A stretch of DNA of 64,000 nucleotides from Ostreococcus lucimarinus (taxonomy: Eukaryota), in assembly GCA_000092065.1 (NCBI GenBank), contig CP000595.1, one strand, 5' to 3'. The position numbers and the translations under genes were made by a program. Below the pieces are notes generated by a model. The model was not told the origin of the DNA. It worked only from the letters and a program-made list of their open reading frames with translations, and did no database searches. Positions 1 to 9,590 of the stretch are shown in pieces; position 1 is the stretch's first letter, and the number at the start of each line of letters is the position of its first letter.

Positions 1-1649
1 GTGAGCGATCGAATGACGAAAACCATGTACGGCGGAAGATTGAACCGATAGGCCGTGGAAATCTTCGTCAAATCCAACACGAGCTCGGTGAAGTTGGCTC
101 GCACTTTCGGGTTACCCTCTTCGCCGTCCATGCACACTTCAAACGCGCGCCGGAACTCGTCGTCGGAGATGACTTTCCACGACCCCGGACCGCCTTGCGT
201 GTAATCCGCCTGGTTGCCGTTTTCATCTATCCACATCTGCGGTTCTTGAGGTAACATATCCATTATTCTCAAGTTATCGATCAACTCCCCCCACTGACTG
301 TTCAAAATGTTCAAAATACAATTCGCCATGGCCTCTTGCTGGTCGTCGTCGACGCGGCAAATGAGGCCAAAGTCGAGCAACGCGAGCTTACCGTCGTCGG
401 TGAACAACATGTTCCCTTCGTGCGGGTCAGCGTGCACGAGTCCGGTGCGAAACAACTGCGCGGAAGAACACTCCACTCCCATCTGCACCATGAGCTTTTG
501 CTCTTCCAAGCTGAGCGACTTCATCGGTCGACCTTGAATCCACTGTTGCGTGAGCACCTTCTTCGTCGTCATGTTCGCGTGGTGCCTCGGGACGAAGAGG
601 TAGTCCAAAAATCGCAAAGACTTTCTAAACTCATCCGCGTTGCGCGCCTCGATTGTGTAATCGAGCTCCTGAAAGATCCCGGCGCCTACTTGGTCGACAA
701 TCTTGTCCAAATCCTCCGAGCCGTTGAGCCCGGATTCCTCCACCCAACCGAACCCGAGGCGAATGATGTGCAAATCCAACGCGATCCTCCTCGCCATCCC
801 CGGTCGCTGCACCTTCACCGCCACCTTACTACCATCATGCAACCGTCCAGCGTACACTTGCCCGATGCTCGCCGCCGCGATGGGCTCCGGGCTCAATTCC
901 TTGTACAAACTATACGCCGGTCCCGGCTTGCTCGCGTCTCGCTCGCAAACCGCGCCGTCCCAACTCAACTCTCTCTTAATGATCGCGTGCGCCTCTTCCG
1001 TAGAAAACGGCCCGACTTGATCTTGCAACACCATTAAATTATCCGCCGCCTCCTCACCGATTATATCCGGTCTCGTGCTCAGCGTCTGCGCCATCTTTAT
1101 AAACACCGGTCCCAACCGCGCGATGCCGTCCCGCAGCTTCTTCCCTCGCGTTCGCCGCTCCAAAGGAATCCCCATCCGTTCCTCGTACTGCCACGTCGCG
1201 TACACCCTTCCGATCACCGACAACACCTCCGCCATGCGTCCCGCGAGTTCGGTCGGGCTCTTCGAAAAGTACGCTCCGATATCCAGCATCTTTCGCGTGA
1301 ACGAGTAGTCGCCGCGAAAGTCGAGCACGACGCGCTCCAGCTCGTCTCGCCCCTTCGCGCTCGTCGCCTCCACCGCCGCTCGCGCCTCGCGCTCGAGCGG
1401 TAACAGGGCATCGTTCGCGGCGTCTTCCGACTCCGCGCGCGGGTCCGCGATCGTCCGCGCGCGCGTTTTATCGCCGCGTTTCGTCGCGAACGACGGGCTC
1501 GAGGTTATCCTCTTCGGCGCGCGCGTTCGAGGCGCGCGCGCGCTGACGCGGACGTCTCGAGGGCGCGACGCGGGCGCGCGGGCGCGCGCGTGACGCGCGC
1601 CGGGCTGGGGCGGCGCGCGCGCGCGCGCCGGAGGGACGTGCGCGCGCAT
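1..1649 (-). CDS. ABC1/ADCK (UbiB-family) atypical protein kinase; the C-terminus runs off the left edge of the window
   Basis: This gene is absent from the ORF track because it has no stop codon in the window. My reverse-strand translation is open from the ATG (cat at 1647-1649) down to position 1. It reads ...LGPVFIKMAQTLSTRPDIIGEE...AAASIGQVYAGRLHDGSKVAVKVQRPG...QLFRTGLVHADPHEGNMLFTDDGKLALLDFGLI..., which are the ABC1 kinase signature blocks. The Arg/Ala/Ser/Pro-rich N-terminus looks like an organelle transit peptide. Confidence 0.85.
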   Translation of the reverse strand, partial: MRAHVPPARARAPPQPGARHARARAPASRPRDVRVSARAPRTRAPKRITSSPSFATKRGDKTRARTIADPRAESEDAANDALLPLEREARAAVEATSAKGRDELERVVLDFRGDYSFTRKMLDIGAYFSKSPTELAGRMAEVLSVIGRVYATWQYEERMGIPLERRTRGKKLRDGIARLGPVFIKMAQTLSTRPDIIGEEAADNLMVLQDQVGPFSTEEAHAIIKRELSWDGAVCERDASKPGPAYSLYKELSPEPIAAASIGQVYAGRLHDGSKVAVKVQRPGMARRIALDLHIIRLGFGWVEESGLNGSEDLDKIVDQVGAGIFQELDYTIEARNADEFRKSLRFLDYLFVPRHHANMTTKKVLTQQWIQGRPMKSLSLEEQKLMVQMGVECSSAQLFRTGLVHADPHEGNMLFTDDGKLALLDFGLICRVDDDQQEAMANCILNILNSQWGELIDNLRIMDMLPQEPQMWIDENGNQADYTQGGPGSWKVISDDEFRRAFEVCMDGEEGNPKVRANFTELVLDLTKISTAYRFNLPPYMVFVIRSL

Positions 1650-1764
1650 CCGTCGCGGTCTGACGAAATGTGCAACGTCACGCGCGGTGCGAGGACGAAT
1701 TGGAGGCGAAATCGACGCGAGCGCCGACGGCGGGCGCGATCGATGCGATGCGACGATACAACGG

Positions 1765-3108
1765 CTAAGGATCGATCTTAAGTTTTTTTGGGGTGTCGAA
1801 GACGGCGTCTGATTCGGCGTCGACGCCGGCGGCGGCTTCGCGGGCGGTTTTGGAAGACGGCTTCGACGCGTTTGGTTTCGATTTCGGCGTCGAGCGAGGG
1901 GTGGCGACGCGCTTTGGCGTGCGGAGCTCTGCGGGCAGGGCGTCTCTGACGTGCTTGAGCTCGGCGATGAAGAGAGCGTTGTGGGCCCAGCCGCAGTAAG
2001 GGCCGAAAATTTCCTTCATCTTGACCTCGATCGAGCGCATGACGCGAGGGGTGACGGATTTGGCGTCGCGTAATTCTGGCATGTAGTGCTCGACGGCGAA
2101 TTGCCACACGTGCGTGTCCACTGGGATCGCCTCGTGCTTGTTCAGGGAGAACAAGCACACGCAAGCGGATACTTTGGGACCGATCCCCGGGAGCGTCATC
2201 AGCGCGGCGTGGGCGTCGACGTACGGCGTTTCGTCGCGAAGCGCGCGCAAGAATTCGTCTGGAGAAGAGCCGACGGCGTCGCCCGCCTCCCCCAAAGCCG
2301 CCGCGGAGCCGACGATGAATTTGGCGCGATAACCAAAACCCAACGCTCGTAATTCCTCCTCCGTCGCGCCGTCAAGAATCTGCGCAACGCTCGGAAACGC
2401 ATAAAATTTCTCCGCCTCGGCCGCCGCCGCGGTCTCTTCGCCGCCGTTCTCGTCTCCATCATCATCATCCTCTTCTAAATCCCGCGTCGTCACCGGCAAC
2501 GCGTCTCCGTAGTGTACACACATCTTATTCACCATCCCGTGTATCCTCGAGATGTGATTATTGCTCGAACAAATAAAACTAAACAAGCACTCGCTCGGAT
2601 CCTGCCTTAACATCCGAGCGCCGTCCACGTGCGCCGCGAGCGCTCGAAACCTCCCATCCTTCGCCGCAAACTCCTCGTACAGCCTCTCCAGCGACACGTC
2701 CGCGTTAAAATATTCCCTCATCACCCTTCGATCGTCCGTCGCGCTCTCCCATCGCGGTCGACAGTACACTTTATATTCCACCTCGCCTCGCTCGCCGTCG
2801 TCGACTTCCCGCACTCGCACCACGCGTCGTCCGACGACGCCGACGTACTCTCGTCCGTCCTCGCGACCTCGCGCGCGCCAACGGAAGCTCTGTCCCGTGG
2901 GCAGCGTGTGCTTCAGCCGAAGTTCGCGCGTCGCGAGTCCGAGCGGCGTCCAGGTCGCGTCGAGGCACTTCGCCACGTCGCCGCCGCCGTCGCCGTCGCG
3001 CGCGTCCATCGTCGTCGCGCGCTCGGTCGCGCGCGACGCCGCGCGGCGACGCGCGCTCGGTCGCGCGCGCGCGATCGACCGGGCGAGCGCGAGCGGCCGC
3101 GCGCGCAT
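1765..3108 (-). CDS. OGG1: 8-oxoguanine DNA glycosylase / AP lyase (OGG1, HhH-GPD family)
   Basis: This is ORF 1765..3240 in the track. It contains LRLKHTLPTGQSFRWR (the OGG_N block) and the HhH-GPD block LPGIGPKVSACVCLFSLNKHEAIPVDTHVWQFA. The track start at 3240 is GTG. The first ATG is at 3108 and gives an Arg-rich presequence. A second ATG at 3009 (MDARDG...) is also possible. Confidence 0.85.
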   Translation of the reverse strand: MRARPLALARSIARARPSARRRAASRATERATTMDARDGDGGGDVAKCLDATWTPLGLATRELRLKHTLPTGQSFRWRARGREDGREYVGVVGRRVVRVREVDDGERGEVEYKVYCRPRWESATDDRRVMREYFNADVSLERLYEEFAAKDGRFRALAAHVDGARMLRQDPSECLFSFICSSNNHISRIHGMVNKMCVHYGDALPVTTRDLEEDDDDGDENGGEETAAAAEAEKFYAFPSVAQILDGATEEELRALGFGYRAKFIVGSAAALGEAGDAVGSSPDEFLRALRDETPYVDAHAALMTLPGIGPKVSACVCLFSLNKHEAIPVDTHVWQFAVEHYMPELRDAKSVTPRVMRSIEVKMKEIFGPYCGWAHNALFIAELKHVRDALPAELRTPKRVATPRSTPKSKPNASKPSSKTAREAAAGVDAESDAVFDTPKKLKIDP

Positions 3109-3551
3109 GCGCGTCGGCGTGTGCGACGCACCGCGGTCGCGCGATGAATCGGCAACGGAATCAGCCCGTCGCGACGATCGCGCGCGCGCGTCGTCGTCGT
3201 CGCGCCGACGCGATTCGGAACCGACCGAGACCGCGAACACAAATTTTCGCGAGCCCGACCGCGCGCGCGCGCGCCGACGCGACGCGAGGGCGGTGTTAAC
3301 GCGCGCGCTTTCGCGAGCCTCGCGAAAAGATGGGAAAAACGCACGAAACGGCGCGCTCGAGACGACACACGGCGACGCGCGGTGCGCGACGACGACGAGA
3401 GACGATGCCGGTGGCGCAAATAAAGGTGCGCGCGCGTCGTCGAGCGCGCGTCGTCGAGTGCGCGCGCGTCGTCGTCGACTCGGTGGATTGAACGCGCGTC
3501 GTCTCTGTGCGCCTCGAGACTGACGATTCGTTTCTCGCGAAAATATCGCAG

Positions 3552-3872
3552 ATGATTCACGCCGGACCGTGGGGCAAGAGCGGGTCGATCATTCACGTGA
3601 ACGTGGAACACGACGATTTTAAGTCGGACATCAAGCGCAGGGTGTCGAACGCGACGGGGATTCCGGTGCCGGAGTTGAAATTAATCATGGCTTCTCCCAC
3701 GCAGATCGCGGCGGGGAGCAAGAGATGTCCGGGGTTGGCGTACGGAAACTGCGGCGTCGTCGATAAGGTTGGCTTAGCCGTGGTGCAGGCAGAAAGCGGG
3801 GAGAACCCGTTCGTCCCGAAGTTGTCGCCGAACCGCGTGGACAATAAAGGGAACTGGACGAGCGTTGATTGA
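3552..3872 (+). CDS. Small hypothetical protein (106 aa), possibly with a ubiquitin-like beta-grasp N-terminal half
   Basis: This lies within ORF 3507..3872, whose track start is GTG; the first ATG is at 3552. The amino-acid composition is ordinary rather than GC-artefact-like, and the ORF fills the gap between two minus-strand genes. The segment IHVNVEHDDFKSDIKRRVSNATGIPVPELKLI weakly resembles a ubiquitin-fold pattern. Confidence 0.35.
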   Translation: MIHAGPWGKSGSIIHVNVEHDDFKSDIKRRVSNATGIPVPELKLIMASPTQIAAGSKRCPGLAYGNCGVVDKVGLAVVQAESGENPFVPKLSPNRVDNKGNWTSVD

Positions 3873-3934
3873 ACCGAGGCGTCTTATTCGAAAGTAGATT
3901 ACATCTCGTCCGTTTGCGTTCGTTCGTTCATCGT

Positions 3935-5284
3935 CTATTCGTGATCGTACTGGTAATCTTCAAAGTCATTGTACATCAGCTTCCCATCCACGTCGCAATG
4001 CACGGCGTCGAAGCAAAGCTTGCAGAAAAAGCTCGGGCTCTCCGCCGCGAGTTTGTCGCCGTACGTGACGTGAGAGCTATCGAACACGCCGCACACGGAG
4101 CATCCTCGTCTATACACGCGCCCTTCGCGAATGACTAAAGGAAACATTTCGTTCCGCGTTTCGTCGTCCGAATGCGGCATGCGCACGTCTCGAACGCGCC
4201 ATTTGTGCTCGCATTTGCCTTGATGCGTCATCACGTACGGGCGCCCAATCGTCAGCGGCACTTGGCTGAACTTCACCCCTTCCATGTCTCGCGCGGTGAA
4301 CCCCTTGCCCTCGTTGTTCATCTTAACCGGCGCTCCCGGCGCCATGAGCGCGTTTTTCTTTTGAAATTCTATGAGATGCTCGGAGTAATCAGTCGCGCCC
4401 GGCGTCCGCATGTCGTTGTAAAACACGCCTTCGATGAAGAGAAATCCATTCTTCGACGGCGGATGCCCCTCGCGCGCGGCTTGGACGTCTCTGAGGCAGT
4501 ATATCATATCCTTGAACGCCGCCAACGGCGTGGACCCGCGCACGATGACGTCCATCAGCAAGTATCCCTGTTTGACCGGGTGATACAGTTCGATCCAAAT
4601 CATCGCCTCCTCCCCCGTCGGCGTCGCCGCGGCGTCGTGGCGAACACCGCCAACCTCGCAATCAAACAGCTCGCGCGCCTTCCACATCACCTGCGTCACG
4701 TCCACTTCTTTTCGCAACAGCGCCCGTTTGTAATCTCTCGCCTCCAATTGCTTATGTTCCAACTCAACCTCCCGCATCGACGCCAACGGTGCCATGGCCG
4801 TCTGCTCGCTCAGATGCTTCGTCATCAACCGCGCTTTCTCCGCCTTCTGCGCCTCCTCCTGAAACGTCAACTGATGATTCTTCGCCCCCGTCCCTCGATG
4901 ATTCCGCGCGCGGCCCGCGTCCTCCTCCACCGACGGCACGCTCGGCATCAACGACTCGATCGCCCGCTCCAGCGTCACCGCGCGATGCGTTTCCATCTCG
5001 ATATCATCCTCCTCGATCGCCGTTCGACGCTTCCGTCCCTTTCCCGCCTTTTTCGTCCTCGCGCTCGCCTCGCGCGCCGCGCTCGACGCCTCCGCCGCGT
5101 CCCGCAACCGTTTCACCGCCCGATGCGCCTCCTCGCAGAACCGTTTCGCGTCCTTCGTCCGCTCGGCCGCTCGCCCGATCGTCAGTCTTCGCTCGCGTCG
5201 CCTCTCCGCGTCGCTCTCGCGCCCTCGCGCGTCCGCGAGCCGCGTCGAAAGATTCGAATTCGCCGTTCGGTCGTCGCACCTCAA
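3935..5284 (-). CDS. SNAPC3: snRNA-activating protein complex subunit 3 homologue (SNAP50 / SRD2-like)
   Basis: The C-terminal block reads CEHKWRVRDVRMPHSDDE...RRGCSVCGVFDSSHVTYGDKLAAESPSFFCKLCFDAVHCDVDGKLMY. This matches the SNAP50 C-terminal zinc-binding domain pattern (C-E-H...C-x-x-C...F-F-C-x-x-C-F...H). The 5' end is uncertain. The track start at 5284 is TTG, and the first in-frame ATG is at 4996. See the finding on the 5' end of this gene. Confidence 0.7.
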   Translation of the reverse strand: MRCDDRTANSNLSTRLADARGRESDAERRRERRLTIGRAAERTKDAKRFCEEAHRAVKRLRDAAEASSAAREASARTKKAGKGRKRRTAIEEDDIEMETHRAVTLERAIESLMPSVPSVEEDAGRARNHRGTGAKNHQLTFQEEAQKAEKARLMTKHLSEQTAMAPLASMREVELEHKQLEARDYKRALLRKEVDVTQVMWKARELFDCEVGGVRHDAAATPTGEEAMIWIELYHPVKQGYLLMDVIVRGSTPLAAFKDMIYCLRDVQAAREGHPPSKNGFLFIEGVFYNDMRTPGATDYSEHLIEFQKKNALMAPGAPVKMNNEGKGFTARDMEGVKFSQVPLTIGRPYVMTHQGKCEHKWRVRDVRMPHSDDETRNEMFPLVIREGRVYRRGCSVCGVFDSSHVTYGDKLAAESPSFFCKLCFDAVHCDVDGKLMYNDFEDYQYDHE

Positions 5285-5532
5285 TCTCCTCTCCCGGCTT
5301 CGCGTGCGGCGCCTCGGGCGGGCAGTGCCGCGCCAGCCGCGCGCGCGACTCCGCGTGGTGTCGCAGCGCGTCGCTCGGGGTGACGATGGTCGTGTCCGCG
5401 ATCGCGCGCGACATCGAGCGCGTCGAGGCGTGACGATCGATGGTCGACGCGGCGCCGATCGTCACCTCGCGACGCGAACTCCCGTCGACGACGCGCGAGC
5501 GACGCGCGACGCGACGCGCGACGACGGCGCGG

Positions 5533-6315
5533 ATGGACGCGAGCGTCGTGCGCCTGGACGCGGCGATCCGCGCGTGGGTGCTGCTGCCGATCACGCTCGC
5601 GATGTTCCTCGTCGGCGCGCTGCGACACCACGCGATGCGACTGACGCGCGACGGCGGCGCGGCGGACGTCGTCGCGCTTCGCGAGGCGAACGTCGCGCGA
5701 CGCGCGGAGCGGTGCCGGCAGTTCGCGGGATACCTGCGACCGGGGGCGTTCGCGGCGAGGCGGACGTTTTACTGCGCGGCGGACGGCGGCGCGCTGCGAA
5801 AGAAGAGCGAAAAAGCGTCGCCGCACGCGGCGATGCTGAGCGATCCGACGGTGATGACGAAAATGATGACGAAGAATGCGATGATGATGGCGCCGAACAT
5901 GCTGACGGCGGCGTGGGTGAATTTTTTCTTCGCGGGATTCGTGGTGGGGCGGACGCCGTTTCCGCTGACGCAGCGGTTTCGGGGGATGCTGCAGCGAGGG
6001 GTGGCGCTGCAGAGCCTGGACGTGACGTACGTGTCGAGCTTGTCGTGGTATTTCTTGAATTTTTTTGGGTTGGGGGGGGTGTTTCAGTTGGTTTTGGGGG
6101 ATAACGAGTTGGACGACGCGGCGGCGATGCAAAACGCGTTCGCGAGCGGGCTCAACGCGGACAAGGCGTTCGCGCACGCGTTGGAGGGGTTGGAGGCGTT
6201 GAAACACGAGTACATGATGCACATCGCCGACGCGCGCGCGACGGCGATGCTGCGCGCGCTGAACGAGGGTAAGAGTCCGCGCGAGGCGAGACTGGCGGCG
6301 GCGGCGGCGCGATGA
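5533..6315 (+). CDS. EMC3: ER membrane protein complex subunit 3 (EMC3 / TMEM111 / Pob family)
   Basis: The residues IRAWVLLPITLAMFLVGALRHH...DPTVMTKMMTKN...NMLTAAWVNFFFAGFVVGRTPFPLTQRFRGMLQRGV...LDVTYVSSLSWYFLNFFGL are collinear with the conserved EMC3 blocks. The ATG at 5533 gives the N-terminal length seen in animal EMC3. An upstream in-frame ATG at 5440 is the alternative start. Confidence 0.8.
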   Translation: MDASVVRLDAAIRAWVLLPITLAMFLVGALRHHAMRLTRDGGAADVVALREANVARRAERCRQFAGYLRPGAFAARRTFYCAADGGALRKKSEKASPHAAMLSDPTVMTKMMTKNAMMMAPNMLTAAWVNFFFAGFVVGRTPFPLTQRFRGMLQRGVALQSLDVTYVSSLSWYFLNFFGLGGVFQLVLGDNELDDAAAMQNAFASGLNADKAFAHALEGLEALKHEYMMHIADARATAMLRALNEGKSPREARLAAAAAR

Positions 6316-6555
6316 AAATCCCAAAGGCTACACTCGCGTCTCCGACGCGCGCGCGCGGCGCGATCGCGAGTAATCGATGTAACTTAGTTTAACTCCATCC
6401 ATCGCGCGTCCGTCGATCGTTCGTTTGGAATCTGTCGCGTCGCGCTCCGCGTCCGCGCCTCGCGCCGTCGCTCGCGCCGCAGTCATCGACGCGCGGCGTC
6501 CGCGCGCGCGCGACGGTCGTCCGCCGTCGTCCGGCGACGCACCGTCGCGGCGTCG

Positions 6556-9270
6556 ATGTCCGACAACCCCGACGGCGCGTCCGACGACGAGAGCGCGCGC
6601 TGTCCGCACTTTTCTTACGCCAGAGCCAATCCATCGCTCGCGCAACAATCCGCGTCGACGAGCGCGAAAGACGCGTCCGTGACGCTCGTCGTCGCGCGAA
6701 ACGATCGCTGCGTCATCGCGTACGACGATGGGTGCGTGCTCGTCGCGAGCGCGCGAGACGCGCGACGGGTGATCTGGAGGACGCGAACGCGGCGCGCGGC
6801 GTCGGCGTTGGCGACGGACGGCGCGAGCGCGCACGTGCTCGTCGCCGACGCTCGAGGCGAGATCGCGGTGCACGAGCTGCCGATAGACGATGGAATGGAC
6901 GCGAGCGAACGCGCGGGCGGGGCGCGCGGGCTGGGGGACGGGTGCGAGGTGATGCGGACGACGCACGCGCGCGGCGTGACATGCGCGGCGCTCGAGCGCG
7001 ACTACGGCGCGCGCGGACGCGGAAGAGGCGGCGTGGCGTACGGAGACGATCGCGGTGGGGTGTACGTGCGCGTGAGCACGCTCTTGGGACATAAAACGTT
7101 GACGCTGAGCGCGGCCGGAGGGAGCGATCGCGGGGCGGCGCGCGCGATGGAATGGAGCTCGCGCGGCGTCTTGGCGTGGGCGTGCGACGAAGGCGTGAAG
7201 CTGTACGACGTGGGACGGGATGAAAAGGTGGCGCTCGTCGAGCGACCGCGAGGAAGTCCGGCGGCGGGGATGTACGCGCCGCACTTGACGTGGAACGAGA
7301 CGTCGGACATGGGGAAGACGTTGCTCGTGGGATGGGCGGATTGCGTCAAGGTTGTTAGGATTCAGAAGCAGGACGCGCCGGATTCGAGCGTCGCGGCGAA
7401 ACTTTTGCGAGATAAGCCGACTCGCGGCGCAACGCGCGAAATTACTCGGGCGGATTCGTTTGCGAATGGGGGCTCGAGCGAGGGAGATAACGCGTCGGCG
7501 AGCGAGGCGTCGTCGGCGAGAGTTTACGTCGCGCGCGTGACGTCGATGTTTCAGACGGAGTATTACGTCGCGGGCATTCAACCGTTCGGGGATTTATTGG
7601 CGATTTTAGGTTGGTCCACGGATGGCGATCGCAAAACCGGGGCGCATCCGGAGTTGCACCTCGTCACGCACGCGAATGTCACGCAAAATATCGACGTCAT
7701 CGCGACGCGAGACGATCCGACAACGCTCGGATGCAACGCGTACGGGTTGGCGTGCGCGCAACCTATGCTCGATAACGGGAGCTTTGATCGATGTAAACAC
7801 GTCGGCGATCATAGATGGTGGAAGATCGGACTCGAGCCACGATTTTACGTGTACTCTCCGAAAGATCTCATCGTGGCCAAGGCGACGGGCGCGAGAGAGT
7901 CCATCGATTGGTTGTCGAAACAGGAAGACTACGTCAAGCTGCTCGACGTGTGCGAGTTGGCGTCGCGATACGGCCACATCGATGGGAGTGTGCGGGATAT
8001 TGGACATAGTGTTTTGCAGCGCACGTTTGACGAGCGAGATTACGCGCAAACGGCAGCTTTGTGCTCGAAATTGTTGCGCAAAGACGCCGCCGCGTGGGAA
8101 ACGTGGATTGAAAAGTTCATGCTGGCTCGCAAGCTCGCGGAGTTACAGCCGTATATTCCCACGGATGACCCGACGCTGAGCGTGCACACGTACGAAGTGG
8201 TGTTGAACGCGTTTCTAGCGGAAGCAGAGCATCATTCGCGCTTTCTCGCCTCCGTCAAGGCGTGGCCGGCGCGTTTGTATTCGCCTCAGTTTCTCATACC
8301 CGTCGTTAAGAGCAAGCTCGCGTCGTTGAACACCAACGCGGGAAGCCCGTCGGTGGCGTCATCGGTGTCATCGGTGGTACTGAAAGAAGCGCTCGCGGAG
8401 CTGTATCTCAACGATGGTCAACGCGAACGGGCGTTGAACTTGTACCTGGACATCGGTCGGCCGTCTGTGTTGAGCTTCATCGCTCGTCACGACTTGCTCT
8501 CTTTCGTCGCTCGCAACAAGCTTTCTCTCTTGGCGCAACTCGATATTGACGCGGCGATGTCGCTTTTCGTGCAGAAGCGAGAAAGCTTGCCGCCGCGAGT
8601 CGTGATTCCCGAGCTTTTGGGTCAAGGCGGCTTCGGCGCTCGAGAGTTGACGCACGCGTACATGTCGGCTCTCTTCGACGAAGACCCGACGTGCTTCGAA
8701 GAGTTCCACGACAAACTGTACGAGTTACACCTGGAGTTCAACCCAAAGGCACTGATGAACTTTTTGAAGAAGAGCGCGTCGTATGACGTCGCGCGCGCGT
8801 GCGCCTTACTCACGGGCAACAAAGCGCTCATCTTCGAGCGCGTGTTTCTGCTCTCCAAACTTGGTTCGCACGAAGAAGCCGTGCGCGTGCTCGTGACGGA
8901 CGCCAAGGACCTATCGGGCGCCATAAAGCTTGCGAGTGAGCTGGACAACCCCGTCGAGCTCTGGAACGTCATCATCAAAGTCTCAACCGACTCGAAGGAT
9001 TTCATGGCGACGCTTCTCGCGCACGCCAAAAATCTCGCCGGCGACCCCAACGCCATCGCCCTCATCCACGCCCTGCGCGAAGGCGTCTCCATCGACAACC
9101 TCAAATCTCGCCTCGTCGATCTCATGGACGAAAACATCGCCCTCACGCGTTCGCTGCGAACGTCGTACGCATCTGAATCCAAGCGCGCTCGGGAATCGTA
9201 CGAGCGCAAAACCAAAGTCGAAACGCGCGCGCTCCGCCGCCATCAAATCCACGTCAGCCGCAAGCGATGA
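6556..9270 (+). CDS. VPS41: Vacuolar protein sorting 41 (HOPS complex subunit)
   Basis: The ORF begins with a true ATG at 6556. The blocks MEWSSRGVLAWACDEGVKLYD, LLVGWADCVKVVRIQ and VTSMFQTEYYVAGIQPFGDLLAILGW are collinear with the VPS41 beta-propeller-to-solenoid junction. A long alpha-solenoid (clathrin-heavy-chain-repeat-like) C-terminal half follows. Confidence 0.85.
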   Translation: MSDNPDGASDDESARCPHFSYARANPSLAQQSASTSAKDASVTLVVARNDRCVIAYDDGCVLVASARDARRVIWRTRTRRAASALATDGASAHVLVADARGEIAVHELPIDDGMDASERAGGARGLGDGCEVMRTTHARGVTCAALERDYGARGRGRGGVAYGDDRGGVYVRVSTLLGHKTLTLSAAGGSDRGAARAMEWSSRGVLAWACDEGVKLYDVGRDEKVALVERPRGSPAAGMYAPHLTWNETSDMGKTLLVGWADCVKVVRIQKQDAPDSSVAAKLLRDKPTRGATREITRADSFANGGSSEGDNASASEASSARVYVARVTSMFQTEYYVAGIQPFGDLLAILGWSTDGDRKTGAHPELHLVTHANVTQNIDVIATRDDPTTLGCNAYGLACAQPMLDNGSFDRCKHVGDHRWWKIGLEPRFYVYSPKDLIVAKATGARESIDWLSKQEDYVKLLDVCELASRYGHIDGSVRDIGHSVLQRTFDERDYAQTAALCSKLLRKDAAAWETWIEKFMLARKLAELQPYIPTDDPTLSVHTYEVVLNAFLAEAEHHSRFLASVKAWPARLYSPQFLIPVVKSKLASLNTNAGSPSVASSVSSVVLKEALAELYLNDGQRERALNLYLDIGRPSVLSFIARHDLLSFVARNKLSLLAQLDIDAAMSLFVQKRESLPPRVVIPELLGQGGFGARELTHAYMSALFDEDPTCFEEFHDKLYELHLEFNPKALMNFLKKSASYDVARACALLTGNKALIFERVFLLSKLGSHEEAVRVLVTDAKDLSGAIKLASELDNPVELWNVIIKVSTDSKDFMATLLAHAKNLAGDPNAIALIHALREGVSIDNLKSRLVDLMDENIALTRSLRTSYASESKRARESYERKTKVETRALRRHQIHVSRKR

Positions 9271-9590
9271 GCGCGCGCGTCGAGTCAAATCCATCGTTCG
9301 TGTCTTTCAATAGCCGTAGCCATAGTTTCTAGCCGTAGCGTGTAGATCGAATTCCGAATTCGAGAACGCGTCTCGCCGCGCGTCTCTCGGTCGCCTCTCG
9401 ACCTCCAGTCACGTCGCTTTCACCACTCGCCCGCGCGTCGCGCGCGCGTCACGCTCGCGCCGACCCGCGCGCGCGACGCACCGTCGAACTCCGCGCCCCT
9501 GGCCGCGTTCTCACGCGCGCGCACCCTCACCGCGCGCGAAAATCCGCCGTTCGTTCGAGTCCAATTCGCGCGGTCGAATCGAGTTTCAAA

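Noticed and set aside
336-1037. A 233-aa plus-strand ORF, with nested ORFs 307..537 and 703..1020
   Set aside because: It is antisense to the well-supported ABC1 kinase frame. Its composition is Arg/Leu/His/Pro-rich with no recognisable motifs, as expected for an off-frame translation of GC-rich coding DNA.
4172-5383. A 403-aa plus-strand ORF
   Set aside because: It is antisense to SNAPC3. Its extreme Arg/Leu/Pro content is that of a GC artefact.
5281-7581. Minus-strand ORFs of 347 aa (5281..6324) and 417 aa (6328..7581)
   Set aside because: They are antisense to EMC3 and VPS41, both of which have clear homology blocks. Both ORFs are Arg-dominated low-complexity translations.
9534-9541. Additional E2F-like octamers (gcgcgaaa, reverse complement TTTCGCGC) here, at about 14754 and at 25853-25860
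   Set aside because: One of them lies in a 3' spacer, which shows that the motif arises by chance in this CG-rich DNA. They are not reported as features. Only the RBR-proximal site is listed, with low confidence.
9549-9566. A tRNA T-arm-like string, gttcgttcgagtccaatt
   Set aside because: The flanking bases cannot form a T stem, and no acceptor, D or anticodon arms can be drawn. It is a chance resemblance to GGTTCGAGTCC.
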